Shown: positions 7,571 through 15,840 of the stretch, in pieces
Layout of the letters: every line of letters starts with the position of its first letter
Position numbering within the stretch: position 1 is the stretch's first letter
NCBI GenBank assembly: GCA_964393275.1
Contig: CAYMTA010000009.1
Span: 53,544 to 117,543, forward strand
Source: an uncultured Geminicoccaceae bacterium
Lineage (GTDB): Bacteria; Pseudomonadota; Alphaproteobacteria; Geminicoccales; Geminicoccaceae
DNA: 64,000 nucleotides
Reading direction: 5' to 3'
The notes under the pieces: generated by a model
Seen by the model: the letters and a program-made list of their open reading frames with translations, nothing else
Told to the model about the DNA's origin: nothing
The model's database searches: none
Position numbers and translations under genes: made by a program

Positions 7571-8351
7571 CGGCCGCGAGGTGGCGTTGCGCCAGGAGCG
7601 CCACCTCGGTCCGGTTCTTGGCATTCAGTCGCCGCATGATCTGCCGGACATGCACCTTGACGGTGCTCTCGGTCATCCGCAGGCGGGTGGCGATCACCTT
7701 GTTCGGATGCCCTTCCTGGAGGATCTCCAGAACATCGACCTGCCGCGGCGTCAGCTCTTGTGACAGCGCCGGGCCGTCCGGGGCCGACTCGCTCGCCACG
7801 TCGCCGAGGGCGGGACGTCCCTCCTGCCTGAGCCACTGGCTGACGAGATCGCCCGGCACGAACATGCCGCCGGCCTGCACCAGGGACAGCGCCCTGCACA
7901 TCAGCGGCGCCTCCTCGGAGGTCGCGATGAAACCCATCGCACCGGCCGCCAGGGCGTTGCGCGCCTCCTCCGGCTCGGTGCGATCGGACAGCACGACCAC
8001 CGGCACCGAGTCGTGGTTGCCGACGAGGCGATCGAGGTCCGCGCGGGTGGCCGGGTCGTCGATCGACAGGCTGCCGACACTGTAGATGATCAGCGAGGGC
8101 CGGCCTTCCGGGGGCAGACCCTCGCGGGTCAGCTCGTCGACGGACACGGCGACGATCTGCTGGCTGAGCGCATCCGAGGCGCAGAGATAGCGCGAGATGC
8201 AAACCCGGCTGAACGGCCGGGGGTCGACGAGAGCCAGCCAGGGGTCGGGGCGCGGGGCAACCCCTGCTGGGACCGCACGAATCGCCCCGGAGGCTCTCGT
8301 TAGGGTGTCAGTGCCTGGCAGTGGATTGTTCGCTGATGACGTCGCTAACAT
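7551..8351 (-). CDS. LuxR/FixJ-type transcriptional regulator with degenerate receiver-like N-terminal domain
   Basis: C-terminal HTH: LTPRQVDVLEILQEGHPNKVIATRLRMTESTVKVHVRQIMRRLNAKNRTE. The ATG at 8351 is preceded by AAGGGGAG. The receiver-like region lacks an obvious DD pair or phospho-Asp context. Confidence 0.75.
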   Translation of the reverse strand: MLATSSANNPLPGTDTLTRASGAIRAVPAGVAPRPDPWLALVDPRPFSRVCISRYLCASDALSQQIVAVSVDELTREGLPPEGRPSLIIYSVGSLSIDDPATRADLDRLVGNHDSVPVVVLSDRTEPEEARNALAAGAMGFIATSEEAPLMCRALSLVQAGGMFVPGDLVSQWLRQEGRPALGDVASESAPDGPALSQELTPRQVDVLEILQEGHPNKVIATRLRMTESTVKVHVRQIMRRLNAKNRTEVALLAQRHLAAVRRMVC

Positions 8352-8741
8352 GATCGTCTCGCTCCCCTTCGATCCCGGCAACCAAAGTGGTAGGCGGAAC
8401 CCTTGCAGCTACGGGGCACTTAACCCTACCGATCGAGACGAGCATCTCCGGTAGAGTCTTTATGCTTAAGGCGCATTAATACAATCGATGAAATCGTCAT
8501 CTTTTGCAAGGGAGTATCGCTCACTCCCGCTGTAGAATAGTACCTACGGCGATGTTCAACCATCGGGCAATCGGCGCAATGACGCTGCGCCTTAATCGTC
8601 CATTAGCTTCATGGAATATCTCCGACTTAACCAAAGGTAGTGGGCCGCAGGTGAGAAAGCTCGCGGTACGATCGAATGCTCCTGCCGACGCACGTCGCCC
8701 GGCAATTGCCGCGTTCACGCTACGGTTGCTGTTTTCACATT

Positions 8742-9446
8742 TCAACGCTTGCAAAGCTCATGACGGCTCTTGAGCATGAACGGCCTGTCGACGGATTCTT
8801 GCGCAAAGACGGTGATCGCGTCGATAGCCAGCGCCCGGCTTTCGATCACCATGGCGTGATCGCGCAGGAACTCGAGCAATCGGCATCGCTCCTGCTCGCC
8901 CAGTCGTTCGGTCAAGGTCATGTGGAAACGGAAGTCGTCGAGGACGAAAGGATAGCCGTATTGCCTCAAATGGCTGTCCTGTCGCGGTGACAGCCCTCCT
9001 TGGCGTCGCCTCGCGATCTCGTCGACACTGGCGGGGGCCCGGAAGCAATCGAAGGATCGCACACAGTCGGCAGCGAGCTCGTCCAGGGCAGGAGCCGGCG
9101 CGCTCGGCGTGAGGGCGATGAAGCCGTCGAGATCGGTCACCTTCAAGGGTGGTGCCGCAACGGCCGAACGCAGGGATGCGAATTGGCCCGCTGCCGCCGC
9201 CAGGTCGTCCACCGTCCGTCCCTCGGCGAGCCGGAAGGGAGCCTTGAGCGTGGCGTGAAAGCCATAGTGTCTGGGCGACCTGGTGATCTCGCGCAGACGC
9301 GCGCTGGTGAACCCGGGCACACGTGGCTGCGACAGCGTCGTTTCTGTCCAACTGTGCCGCCCGAGCCACGTCGCGCCGAAACGCTCCAGCTCGCTCCCTG
9401 CTGCCGGCGCGAAATAGATGGCATATCGGCCACTCACGCTATCCAT
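8742..9446 (-). CDS. DUF1045 / 2H-phosphoesterase-type putative phosphonate metabolism protein
   Basis: N-terminus is RYAIYFAP...HYGFHATLKAPF with a second ...FRFHMTLT motif (two H-x-T-type motifs). Located next to phnM, as is typical for this family. Confidence 0.7.
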   Translation of the reverse strand: MDSVSGRYAIYFAPAAGSELERFGATWLGRHSWTETTLSQPRVPGFTSARLREITRSPRHYGFHATLKAPFRLAEGRTVDDLAAAAGQFASLRSAVAAPPLKVTDLDGFIALTPSAPAPALDELAADCVRSFDCFRAPASVDEIARRRQGGLSPRQDSHLRQYGYPFVLDDFRFHMTLTERLGEQERCRLLEFLRDHAMVIESRALAIDAITVFAQESVDRPFMLKSRHELCKR

Positions 9447-9455
9447 GCGTCCCGC

Positions 9456-10646
9456 TCAGGCAACGCGACGCCTCTCGACCAGAACTTCGCGAACGATCGG
9501 CCGCCCGCGGATCGGCTTGACGCGGAGAAGGTCAGCGCGCAGCCCCGGAGCGATCCTGCCACGATCCTCGAGCCCGGCGATGACGGCCGGTCGCCACGAC
9601 ACCATGGCGATGGCCCGGGCCAGCGGCAGGCCGAAAGGCGCCTCGGCCAGTGCAAAGGCGCCCTTGAGCAGGCTCGCCGGGATGTAGTCCGAAGCCAAAA
9701 GATCCAAAAGGCCGCCGGACACCAGATCCCCTGCGGCGACATTGCCTGAATGCGAGCCGCCACGCAGCAGGTTGGGAGCACCCATCAATGTCGGCAGGCG
9801 CAGCTCGTGCGCCGCCATGGCCGCCTCGATCGTGGTGGGGAATTCGCTGAAGGCCGCGCCGAGGGCGACCGCCTCCTCGACATGCGCCGCCCTGGCATCG
9901 TCATGCGTGGCAAGCGGGATCCGCCATTGGCGGGCCAGGGCGGCGAGGGCGCGGCGATTGGGTGGCGCAAAGGTCCGCGATCCCTCGAGCAGCCGCGCGA
10001 TATGCGCCTCGACCCGTTCCGCCTGCCCGAGGATGCGTCGATAGCGCCGACGGTAGGCCTCGATGTCGGGCGTCTGGCGGTCACCAGGCGCATGATCCAT
10101 GAGCGAGAGCATGGCGACCGGGTGCGCCCTGGCATGCTTCTCGAGCGTTTGGACGACATCCGGGTGGGTGACCTCGCAACGGAGGTGAACACGGTGATCG
10201 ACGCGCAGCATCCCGTGGACGCGCGCCTCGTCGAGACCCTCGAGCATCGGCTCGATCATCTCGGCGCGAACATCCCAACCTTCGGTCGCCCCGATGGTCA
10301 GGCTGTCATACACCGTCGTGATGCCTGCCGATGCCACTTGGCCGTCATGGGCAATGGCTGCCGCCACGGGATCCCAGGTCACCCCGGAGCGCGGCTGGAA
10401 ATGCTTCTCGAGATTGTCGGTGTGCAGATCGACGAGCCCGGGCAGCAGGTAATCGCCGTCGAGGTCGATGGCGCCGGGCAGCGACGTCCGGCCGGTGTCG
10501 ACAGCCTCGATCAGTCCACCTGCCAGAACGACGGTTCCCCGCTCGACGGTCTCTTCGAGAACGATCAGGGCGTTCGTCAGCACGATGGCTTCGGCAGCGC
10601 CGATGGACCGCCTCCGCGCCTCGTGGGTGATCGGGTCTGGTGCCAT
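9456..10646 (-). CDS. phnM: Alpha-D-ribose 1-methylphosphonate 5-triphosphate diphosphatase PhnM
   Basis: Strong motif identity to E. coli PhnM: LLPGLVDLHTDNLEKHF, HLRCEV, LSLMDHAPGDRQ, ATHDDA, EFPTT, LMGAPNLLRGGSHSGNVAA, LASDYIPASLL. Start is uncertain (10646, 10673 or 10736). Confidence 0.9.
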   Translation of the reverse strand: MAPDPITHEARRRSIGAAEAIVLTNALIVLEETVERGTVVLAGGLIEAVDTGRTSLPGAIDLDGDYLLPGLVDLHTDNLEKHFQPRSGVTWDPVAAAIAHDGQVASAGITTVYDSLTIGATEGWDVRAEMIEPMLEGLDEARVHGMLRVDHRVHLRCEVTHPDVVQTLEKHARAHPVAMLSLMDHAPGDRQTPDIEAYRRRYRRILGQAERVEAHIARLLEGSRTFAPPNRRALAALARQWRIPLATHDDARAAHVEEAVALGAAFSEFPTTIEAAMAAHELRLPTLMGAPNLLRGGSHSGNVAAGDLVSGGLLDLLASDYIPASLLKGAFALAEAPFGLPLARAIAMVSWRPAVIAGLEDRGRIAPGLRADLLRVKPIRGRPIVREVLVERRRVA

Positions 10647-10696
10647 GCTCACGTCCGTGCCGGTCGGCCTCATCCCGAGGGGACAGGCGGCCGTGG

Positions 10697-11047
10697 CTAG
10701 CGCTGGCGCCACTGCCCGTCGGCGCCGAGCACCCATTCACCCGGGCGTGCCCGCTCGACCAGCCTTTCGCCCGCCAACTGCGCCACGACCTCGAGCGCCA
10801 CGCCCTGCCGTTCGGCGATGGCGGCGTACTCGGCCCGACGGCCGGCGTTGATCTCCCCGGCAAGGGCCCGCACCTCGGGCGGGGCATCGGCCTTGACCAC
10901 GCCGACAAAGCCGTCGATCCGCTCACCGAGCTGACCGGCGGCCTTGGCCCCGGCCAGATCCTGGGCTCCGGCCGGCCCTGGCAGGCCGAGAAGCACGAGC
11001 ATGCCACCCCACACAACGATGGCACGGCGGGCGATCTTCCTGCGCAT
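10697..11047 (-). CDS. ydbL: YdbL-like periplasmic protein (DUF1318)
   Basis: Internal ATG followed by a signal peptide. AKAAGQLGERIDGFVGVV...INAGRRAEYAAIAERQGV is typical of YdbL/DUF1318. Sits in ynbE/ydbH context. Confidence 0.7.
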   Translation of the reverse strand: MRRKIARRAIVVWGGMLVLLGLPGPAGAQDLAGAKAAGQLGERIDGFVGVVKADAPPEVRALAGEINAGRRAEYAAIAERQGVALEVVAQLAGERLVERARPGEWVLGADGQWRQR

Positions 11048-11055
11048 CACGTGAT

Positions 11056-11241
11056 CTAGCCTCCGAAGAGCTCGGGATCTTCCAGGAGCTCGTCGAGGTC
11101 GCGCTCGACGCGGACCCGGACCTCCTGCTCGATCTTGACATTCAGGTTGATGACGATCGGATCCTTGGGCGCCTCGAGCTTGACGGTCGGCTGGCAGCCG
11201 AGAAGAGCGGCAACCAGTGGCGGGATGACCCAAAGCGAAAT
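11056..11241 (-). CDS. ynbE: YnbE-like small lipoprotein (start codon unresolved)
   Basis: Tail of the spurious long ORF 11056..12024: ISLWVIPPLVAALLGCQPTVKLEAPKDPIVINLNVKIEQEVRV..., with a lipobox LLGC. No in-frame ATG/GTG/TTG lies upstream of the lipobox; only ATT at 11239-11241 and CTG. Confidence 0.55.
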   Translation of the reverse strand: MSLWVIPPLVAALLGCQPTVKLEAPKDPIVINLNVKIEQEVRVRVERDLDELLEDPELFGG

Positions 11242-11275
11242 CCTGGTGCGTGGGGCGGCGAGACCGACCTGCCGT

Positions 11276-12352
11276 TCACCGTGCCAGCTCCCGCAAGGCG
11301 CGACGCAGCCGGATCGGCAGCTCGAACGCGTTTCGCCCGGCACTGACGAGGCCGAGGATCGGCGCTTCGAGGCTGAGATTGAGCTCAATGGGCTGGTCCT
11401 CGTAAAGCTCGGGATTGGCGCCATGCAGGTGCAACGCCACAGCGATGTCGCCGTCAAGGAAGCCCTCGAACGTCGCGACAGCCGCATCGTAGCGGAAATT
11501 GGCGAGGGCGGCGATGAGGAGATCGACGTTCGCCCCCTGGCTCTCCAGGAGAGGCGGCGGACTCTGCGGTCGATAGCGGATGATGCCCGGGCCTCGCGCC
11601 TCGAGGTGGCCCTGCTCGATATGCATCCGGCCCAACTCGTTGAAGCTGAAGACGAGATCGGCATCCATGATGCCTTCGACCGTGAGCTCGTCGATTTCGA
11701 GGCCATCGACCAGTCGTCCAAAATCGAGCCCCTCGACCCGAAGCTTCTGCGGCATGGCCGTCCGCGGCGGCCAGAGGCGATCGAGCCGGATCGACCCGTT
11801 GATCGGCCCGACCTCGCCATAGTCGGTGACGAATGCGAGCCCGGTGATGGTGAGCGCCAGATCGGCCGCTTCCGGCTGACCCCGCTGCCAGTCGAGGGCA
11901 AGATCGATCGTGCCTCGCGCATCACCGAGCACATCCTCGAAGCCGGACCAGAGACGGACCGGCTGCAGCGCGCCCGGCTCGAAGCGCAGCGGCTCCATCG
12001 CGATCGCAATCCGATCCAGAGCACCGCCGTCGCCGGCCCCGTTGAAGCGCAGCACGAGCTCCCCTTTGGCGCTCGCCATCACGCCGTCCATTCGCCAGCC
12101 GGTGGCCGCCGGGCCGATCCGCAGGCTGGCCCAGAGCGGGATTATGCCCGCTGGTCCCTCGATCCGATCGACGCTGAGCGCCAGGGGTGCGCCCGGTCGA
12201 CGCTCGAGCCCGACACGGGACAGCACCACCGACCACTCGTCATAGGCAATGCCGAGCCTGCCGATCCGCACGGTTTCCGGCAGCCAGGCGGCGCCAGCGG
12301 TCGAGGCGAGCAGCACCCAGCCGCCGAGCACGCCGCCGGCGAGAAGCCTCAA
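11276..12352 (-). CDS. Short YdbH-like (AsmA-family, dicarboxylate-transport-domain) protein
   Basis: The C-terminal region resembles YdbH family proteins, and the gene sits with ynbE and ydbL. The proposed TTG start at 12352 overlaps the ppk2 stop (TTGA) and gives an N-terminal TM segment MRLLAGGVLGGWVLLAS. About 358 aa. Confidence 0.6.
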   Translation of the reverse strand: MRLLAGGVLGGWVLLASTAGAAWLPETVRIGRLGIAYDEWSVVLSRVGLERRPGAPLALSVDRIEGPAGIIPLWASLRIGPAATGWRMDGVMASAKGELVLRFNGAGDGGALDRIAIAMEPLRFEPGALQPVRLWSGFEDVLGDARGTIDLALDWQRGQPEAADLALTITGLAFVTDYGEVGPINGSIRLDRLWPPRTAMPQKLRVEGLDFGRLVDGLEIDELTVEGIMDADLVFSFNELGRMHIEQGHLEARGPGIIRYRPQSPPPLLESQGANVDLLIAALANFRYDAAVATFEGFLDGDIAVALHLHGANPELYEDQPIELNLSLEAPILGLVSAGRNAFELPIRLRRALRELAR

Positions 12353-13386
12353 CCGCGACGGACGCGCTGCCGCCTCGGGTGCACGCTCGCGTCCAGAATA
12401 TGCGCCGCGGCGCCAATGACCTGTCCGCTCGCGCCAACGATCAGCGGGTCCGGCGCGTGCACCAGGGCGTCGTCCTTGTCCGGATAGGGCAGCAGATAGA
12501 GAAAATGCCGAAGCGTCTCCAGCCGCGCCCGCTTCTTGTCGTCCGACTTCACGACCGTCCATGGCGCGTCCGCGGTGTCCGTGTAGAAGAACATCGCCTC
12601 CTTCGCCTCGGTGTAGTCGTCCCATTTGTCGATCGATGCCACATCCATGGGTGAGAGCTTCCACTGCTTGAGCGGATCGTGCTCACGTGCGGCGAACCTG
12701 CGGCGCTGCTCCTCGCGGGTAACCGAGAACCAGTACTTGAACAGCCAGGTTCCCGTGCGGACCAGCATGCGCTCGAATTCCGGGCACTGCCGCATGAACT
12801 CGAGATAGTCGTTGGGCCTGCAGAAGCCCATGACCCGCTCGACGCCGGCCCGGTTGTACCAGGAGCGGTCGAAGAAGACGATCTCGCCGCCGGCCGGCAG
12901 ATGCTGGACATAGCGCTGGAAATACCACTGCGTCCGCTCCCGCTCGCTCGGCTTCTCCAGCGCCACGACCCGGGCACCCCTGGGATTGAGATGCTCCATG
13001 AAGCGCTTGATGGTGCCACCCTTGCCTGCCGCGTCGCGCCCTTCGAAGATGACCACCACCTTCTGCGCCGTCGCCTTGATCCAGGACTGCGCCTTGAGCA
13101 GCTCGGCCTGCAGCTCGAGCTTGTGCGCCTCGTAGGCGCGGCGCGCCATTCGGGTCTTGTAGGGATACTCGCCCGTCTCGAACAACCGCCGAACCGCACC
13201 GGGATCACGTTTTATCTCGGCGAGATGATGACGGGCGAGCGTTGCCCGGCTGATCCGCTCGTCACCGGACGCGACCGGCGCATCCTCATCCGTCGGGACA
13301 GCGGCGTCGGCCGTTTCCTCGGCCGTTTCCTCGGCCGTTTTGGACATCTCGCCCACGCCTGCCCGCACCGCATCCTTCGTCGTCAT
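12349..13386 (-). CDS. ppk2: Polyphosphate kinase 2
   Basis: VVIFEGRDAAGKGGTIKRFMEHLNPRG (Walker A), FDRSWYNRAGVERVMGF, LKQWKLSPMD. Confidence 0.9.
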   Translation of the reverse strand: MTTKDAVRAGVGEMSKTAEETAEETADAAVPTDEDAPVASGDERISRATLARHHLAEIKRDPGAVRRLFETGEYPYKTRMARRAYEAHKLELQAELLKAQSWIKATAQKVVVIFEGRDAAGKGGTIKRFMEHLNPRGARVVALEKPSERERTQWYFQRYVQHLPAGGEIVFFDRSWYNRAGVERVMGFCRPNDYLEFMRQCPEFERMLVRTGTWLFKYWFSVTREEQRRRFAAREHDPLKQWKLSPMDVASIDKWDDYTEAKEAMFFYTDTADAPWTVVKSDDKKRARLETLRHFLYLLPYPDKDDALVHAPDPLIVGASGQVIGAAAHILDASVHPRRQRVRRG

Positions 13387-13482
13387 GGCGCGCCGCCCCT
13401 TGCCGATCGCCAGCTCTTGGGTTTGCCCATCATGGCATCGTCACTGCCCCTTTGAGCGCGGTCGAGCCCGCATCGCCCGACG

Positions 13483-14058
13483 CTACTTCATGGGATCGAC
13501 CACGAGGGCGATGACCTCGACCAGCGTCACCTGCACGGTATCGCCCGGCTTCAGCGTCTCGACGAAGGCACGCATGTCCGGGTCCCGCACCGGCAATGAA
13601 CGCTCGGGCCCCTCCTGGGGCTTGAAGGTGACGCGGCCGGTGTCCGCGTCGAACGCCTCGAAGACGACGCTGGTGTCGAGGGTCGTCACCGTGGCGCCGG
13701 CCGGCCTCTCGCCCTCCGGCGCGCGCGCCAGGGCCGAATCGGCCTGAGGCGTGATCGGCGCGGCGCCGGGCGCGACGAGGCTCGCGATGAGGCCGCCATA
13801 ATAGCCGATGGTCACCGTGTCGCCGACCTTGACCTGCGGCAGGTTCCGCACCTCGGGGGGAGCCACGACGGTGACGAAACGGCCGTCCTCGGTCTCGAGC
13901 AGCACCTGCCTCGTCTTCAGGTCGACATCGTGCACCACGGCGCTGCTGATCGCCGTCTGCTCGACGACCGCGCCTTCCTGCGCCCAGCCGCTCGGGACAG
14001 CGAGGAGCCCGACACAAATGGCGGCGCAGATCGCATAAGCGTAACGAAGCTTCCACAT
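13483..14058 (-). CDS. Hypothetical secreted protein
   Basis: Internal ATG (MWKLRYAYAICAAICVGLLAVPSGWA signal peptide). No family recognised. Confidence 0.5.
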   Translation of the reverse strand: MWKLRYAYAICAAICVGLLAVPSGWAQEGAVVEQTAISSAVVHDVDLKTRQVLLETEDGRFVTVVAPPEVRNLPQVKVGDTVTIGYYGGLIASLVAPGAAPITPQADSALARAPEGERPAGATVTTLDTSVVFEAFDADTGRVTFKPQEGPERSLPVRDPDMRAFVETLKPGDTVQVTLVEVIALVVDPMK

Positions 14059-14089
14059 GATGCTTTCCTTGGTTGTCATTCGGCGGCTG

Positions 14090-15814
14090 TCATTCGGCCG
14101 GGACGGAATAGTCGCGATACTTGTCGAGCAGCCGGCGCGGCTTCTTCAGCGCGTCCCGGCGGAACGGCTCGCCCAGCTCCTGCGTCACCATGATCTCCAG
14201 GACCGAAGGCCGGTTGCTGGCGATGGCCTCCTTCAGCGCATCGCCGACCTGGTCGGGGCTGTCCACCTTGATGCCGTTCGCCCCCATCGCCTGGGCGATG
14301 CCGGCGAAGCTCGGATTCTCGAGGTTGGTGCCGACATAGCGGTCGGCGTAAAAGTCGATCTGGTTCTTCTTCTCCGCACCCCATTGCTGGTTGTTGAAGA
14401 CCACGGCCACCGCCGGGATGTTCTCGCGAACCGCCGTCAAGGTCTCCTGCAGGCTCATGCCCCAGGCGCCGTCGCCGACATAGGCGACGGCCGGCCGGTC
14501 GGGCCGGGCGACCTTGGCGCCGATCGCGGTCGGGTAGGCGTAGCCGCAATTGCCGAAGCTCATCGCGGCGAAGAAGCTCTGCGGCTGCTCGAAACGCAGA
14601 TACGAGTTCGCGACCGAGCAGATATTGCCGATGTCGGTCGTCACCATGGCGTTCTCGGGCAGCGCCTTCTCCAGCTCGCGCAGGGCCCGCCTCGGGCCGA
14701 TCGGCGAGCCGTCGGCCTGGCCCCATTCGTTGAGCTCCGCCTGCCACGCCGCCTTTTGCTTCTCGATCTCCGCAACGCGCGCGTCGCGGTTGCCATGCGC
14801 CGCGATGGCCCGGTTGGCGGTCGTCAGCCGCTCGTGGATCGCGGCAGTCGCGGCCCGCGCATCGCCGCACACCCCGACCGCCGCCTGTTTCACCAGCCCG
14901 ATCCGCCGCGGATTCGCCTCCACCTGGATCAGCTTCGCGTTCTTCGGCCAGTAGTCGATGCCGTGCTGCGGCAGCGTGCCGAAGGGGCCGAGCCGGGTGC
15001 CGAGCGCCAGCACCACGTCGGCCTGCGCCAGTAGCTTCATCGCCGCCTTCGAGCCCTGGTAGCCGATCGGCCCGCACCAGAGCGGATGCGACTGCGGGAA
15101 GCTGTCATTGTGCAGGTAGGTGTTGATGACGGGCGCCTGCAAATGCTCGGCGAGCCTGATCACCTCGCCCACGCCATCGCTCATCACCACACCCCCACCC
15201 GAGAGGATGACCGGGAACTTCGCATCGGCGATCAGCGCTGCCGCGGCATCGAGGCTTTCGGGGCCGCCCGGGCCACGCTCGACCCGGATCGGCTGCTGGA
15301 TCGTGTAGTCCGCCTCGCCGTAGAAGAGATCGCGCGGGATGTTGAACTGGGTCGGGCCACGTTCCAGCATGGCATAGTCGAAGCAGCGGCCGAGCAGCTC
15401 GGCCATCCGCCCCTGATGGCCGCAATGCACCTGATATTTGGTGATCCGCTCGAAGAAGGGCATCTGCTCGGCTTCCTGGAAGCCGCCGAGACCCTGCGTG
15501 TTCGAGCCCGTCTCCGGCGTGATGACGACCACCGGTGAATGCGCCCAGTAGGCGGCCGCCACCGAAGTCACGAAATTGGTGATGCCCGGGCCGTTCTGGG
15601 CGATGCAGACGCCATGCCGCCCGGATGCCCGGGCATAGCCGTCGGCCATGTGCCCGGCACCCTGCTCGTGCGCCACCGAGACGAAGCGGATTCCGGCCGG
15701 CTCGAAGATGTCGAGCGCGTCCATGTAGGCCGAGCCCACGATGCCGAAGACATGTGTCACACCCTGCGCCACCAGGGTCTCGACCATCGCCTCGGACGGC
15801 GTCATCAGCGTCAT
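14090..15814 (-). CDS. Thiamine-diphosphate enzyme, sulfoacetaldehyde acetyltransferase (Xsc)-like / acetolactate synthase family
   Basis: 574 aa. IAQNGPGITNFVT and GGFQEAEQM resemble Xsc as I recall it. Has a C-terminal TPP-binding GDGAW motif. Confidence 0.7.
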   Translation of the reverse strand: MTLMTPSEAMVETLVAQGVTHVFGIVGSAYMDALDIFEPAGIRFVSVAHEQGAGHMADGYARASGRHGVCIAQNGPGITNFVTSVAAAYWAHSPVVVITPETGSNTQGLGGFQEAEQMPFFERITKYQVHCGHQGRMAELLGRCFDYAMLERGPTQFNIPRDLFYGEADYTIQQPIRVERGPGGPESLDAAAALIADAKFPVILSGGGVVMSDGVGEVIRLAEHLQAPVINTYLHNDSFPQSHPLWCGPIGYQGSKAAMKLLAQADVVLALGTRLGPFGTLPQHGIDYWPKNAKLIQVEANPRRIGLVKQAAVGVCGDARAATAAIHERLTTANRAIAAHGNRDARVAEIEKQKAAWQAELNEWGQADGSPIGPRRALRELEKALPENAMVTTDIGNICSVANSYLRFEQPQSFFAAMSFGNCGYAYPTAIGAKVARPDRPAVAYVGDGAWGMSLQETLTAVRENIPAVAVVFNNQQWGAEKKNQIDFYADRYVGTNLENPSFAGIAQAMGANGIKVDSPDQVGDALKEAIASNRPSVLEIMVTQELGEPFRRDALKKPRRLLDKYRDYSVPAE

Positions 15815-15840
15815 CGCCTGCTCCCCCCAATGCCGCGCGT

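Noticed and set aside
8504-8773. Two small ORFs (89 aa plus strand, 77 aa minus strand) in the low-GC spacer
   Set aside because: They have no RBS, atypical composition and mutually overlap. I treated the region as non-coding regulatory or RNA sequence instead.
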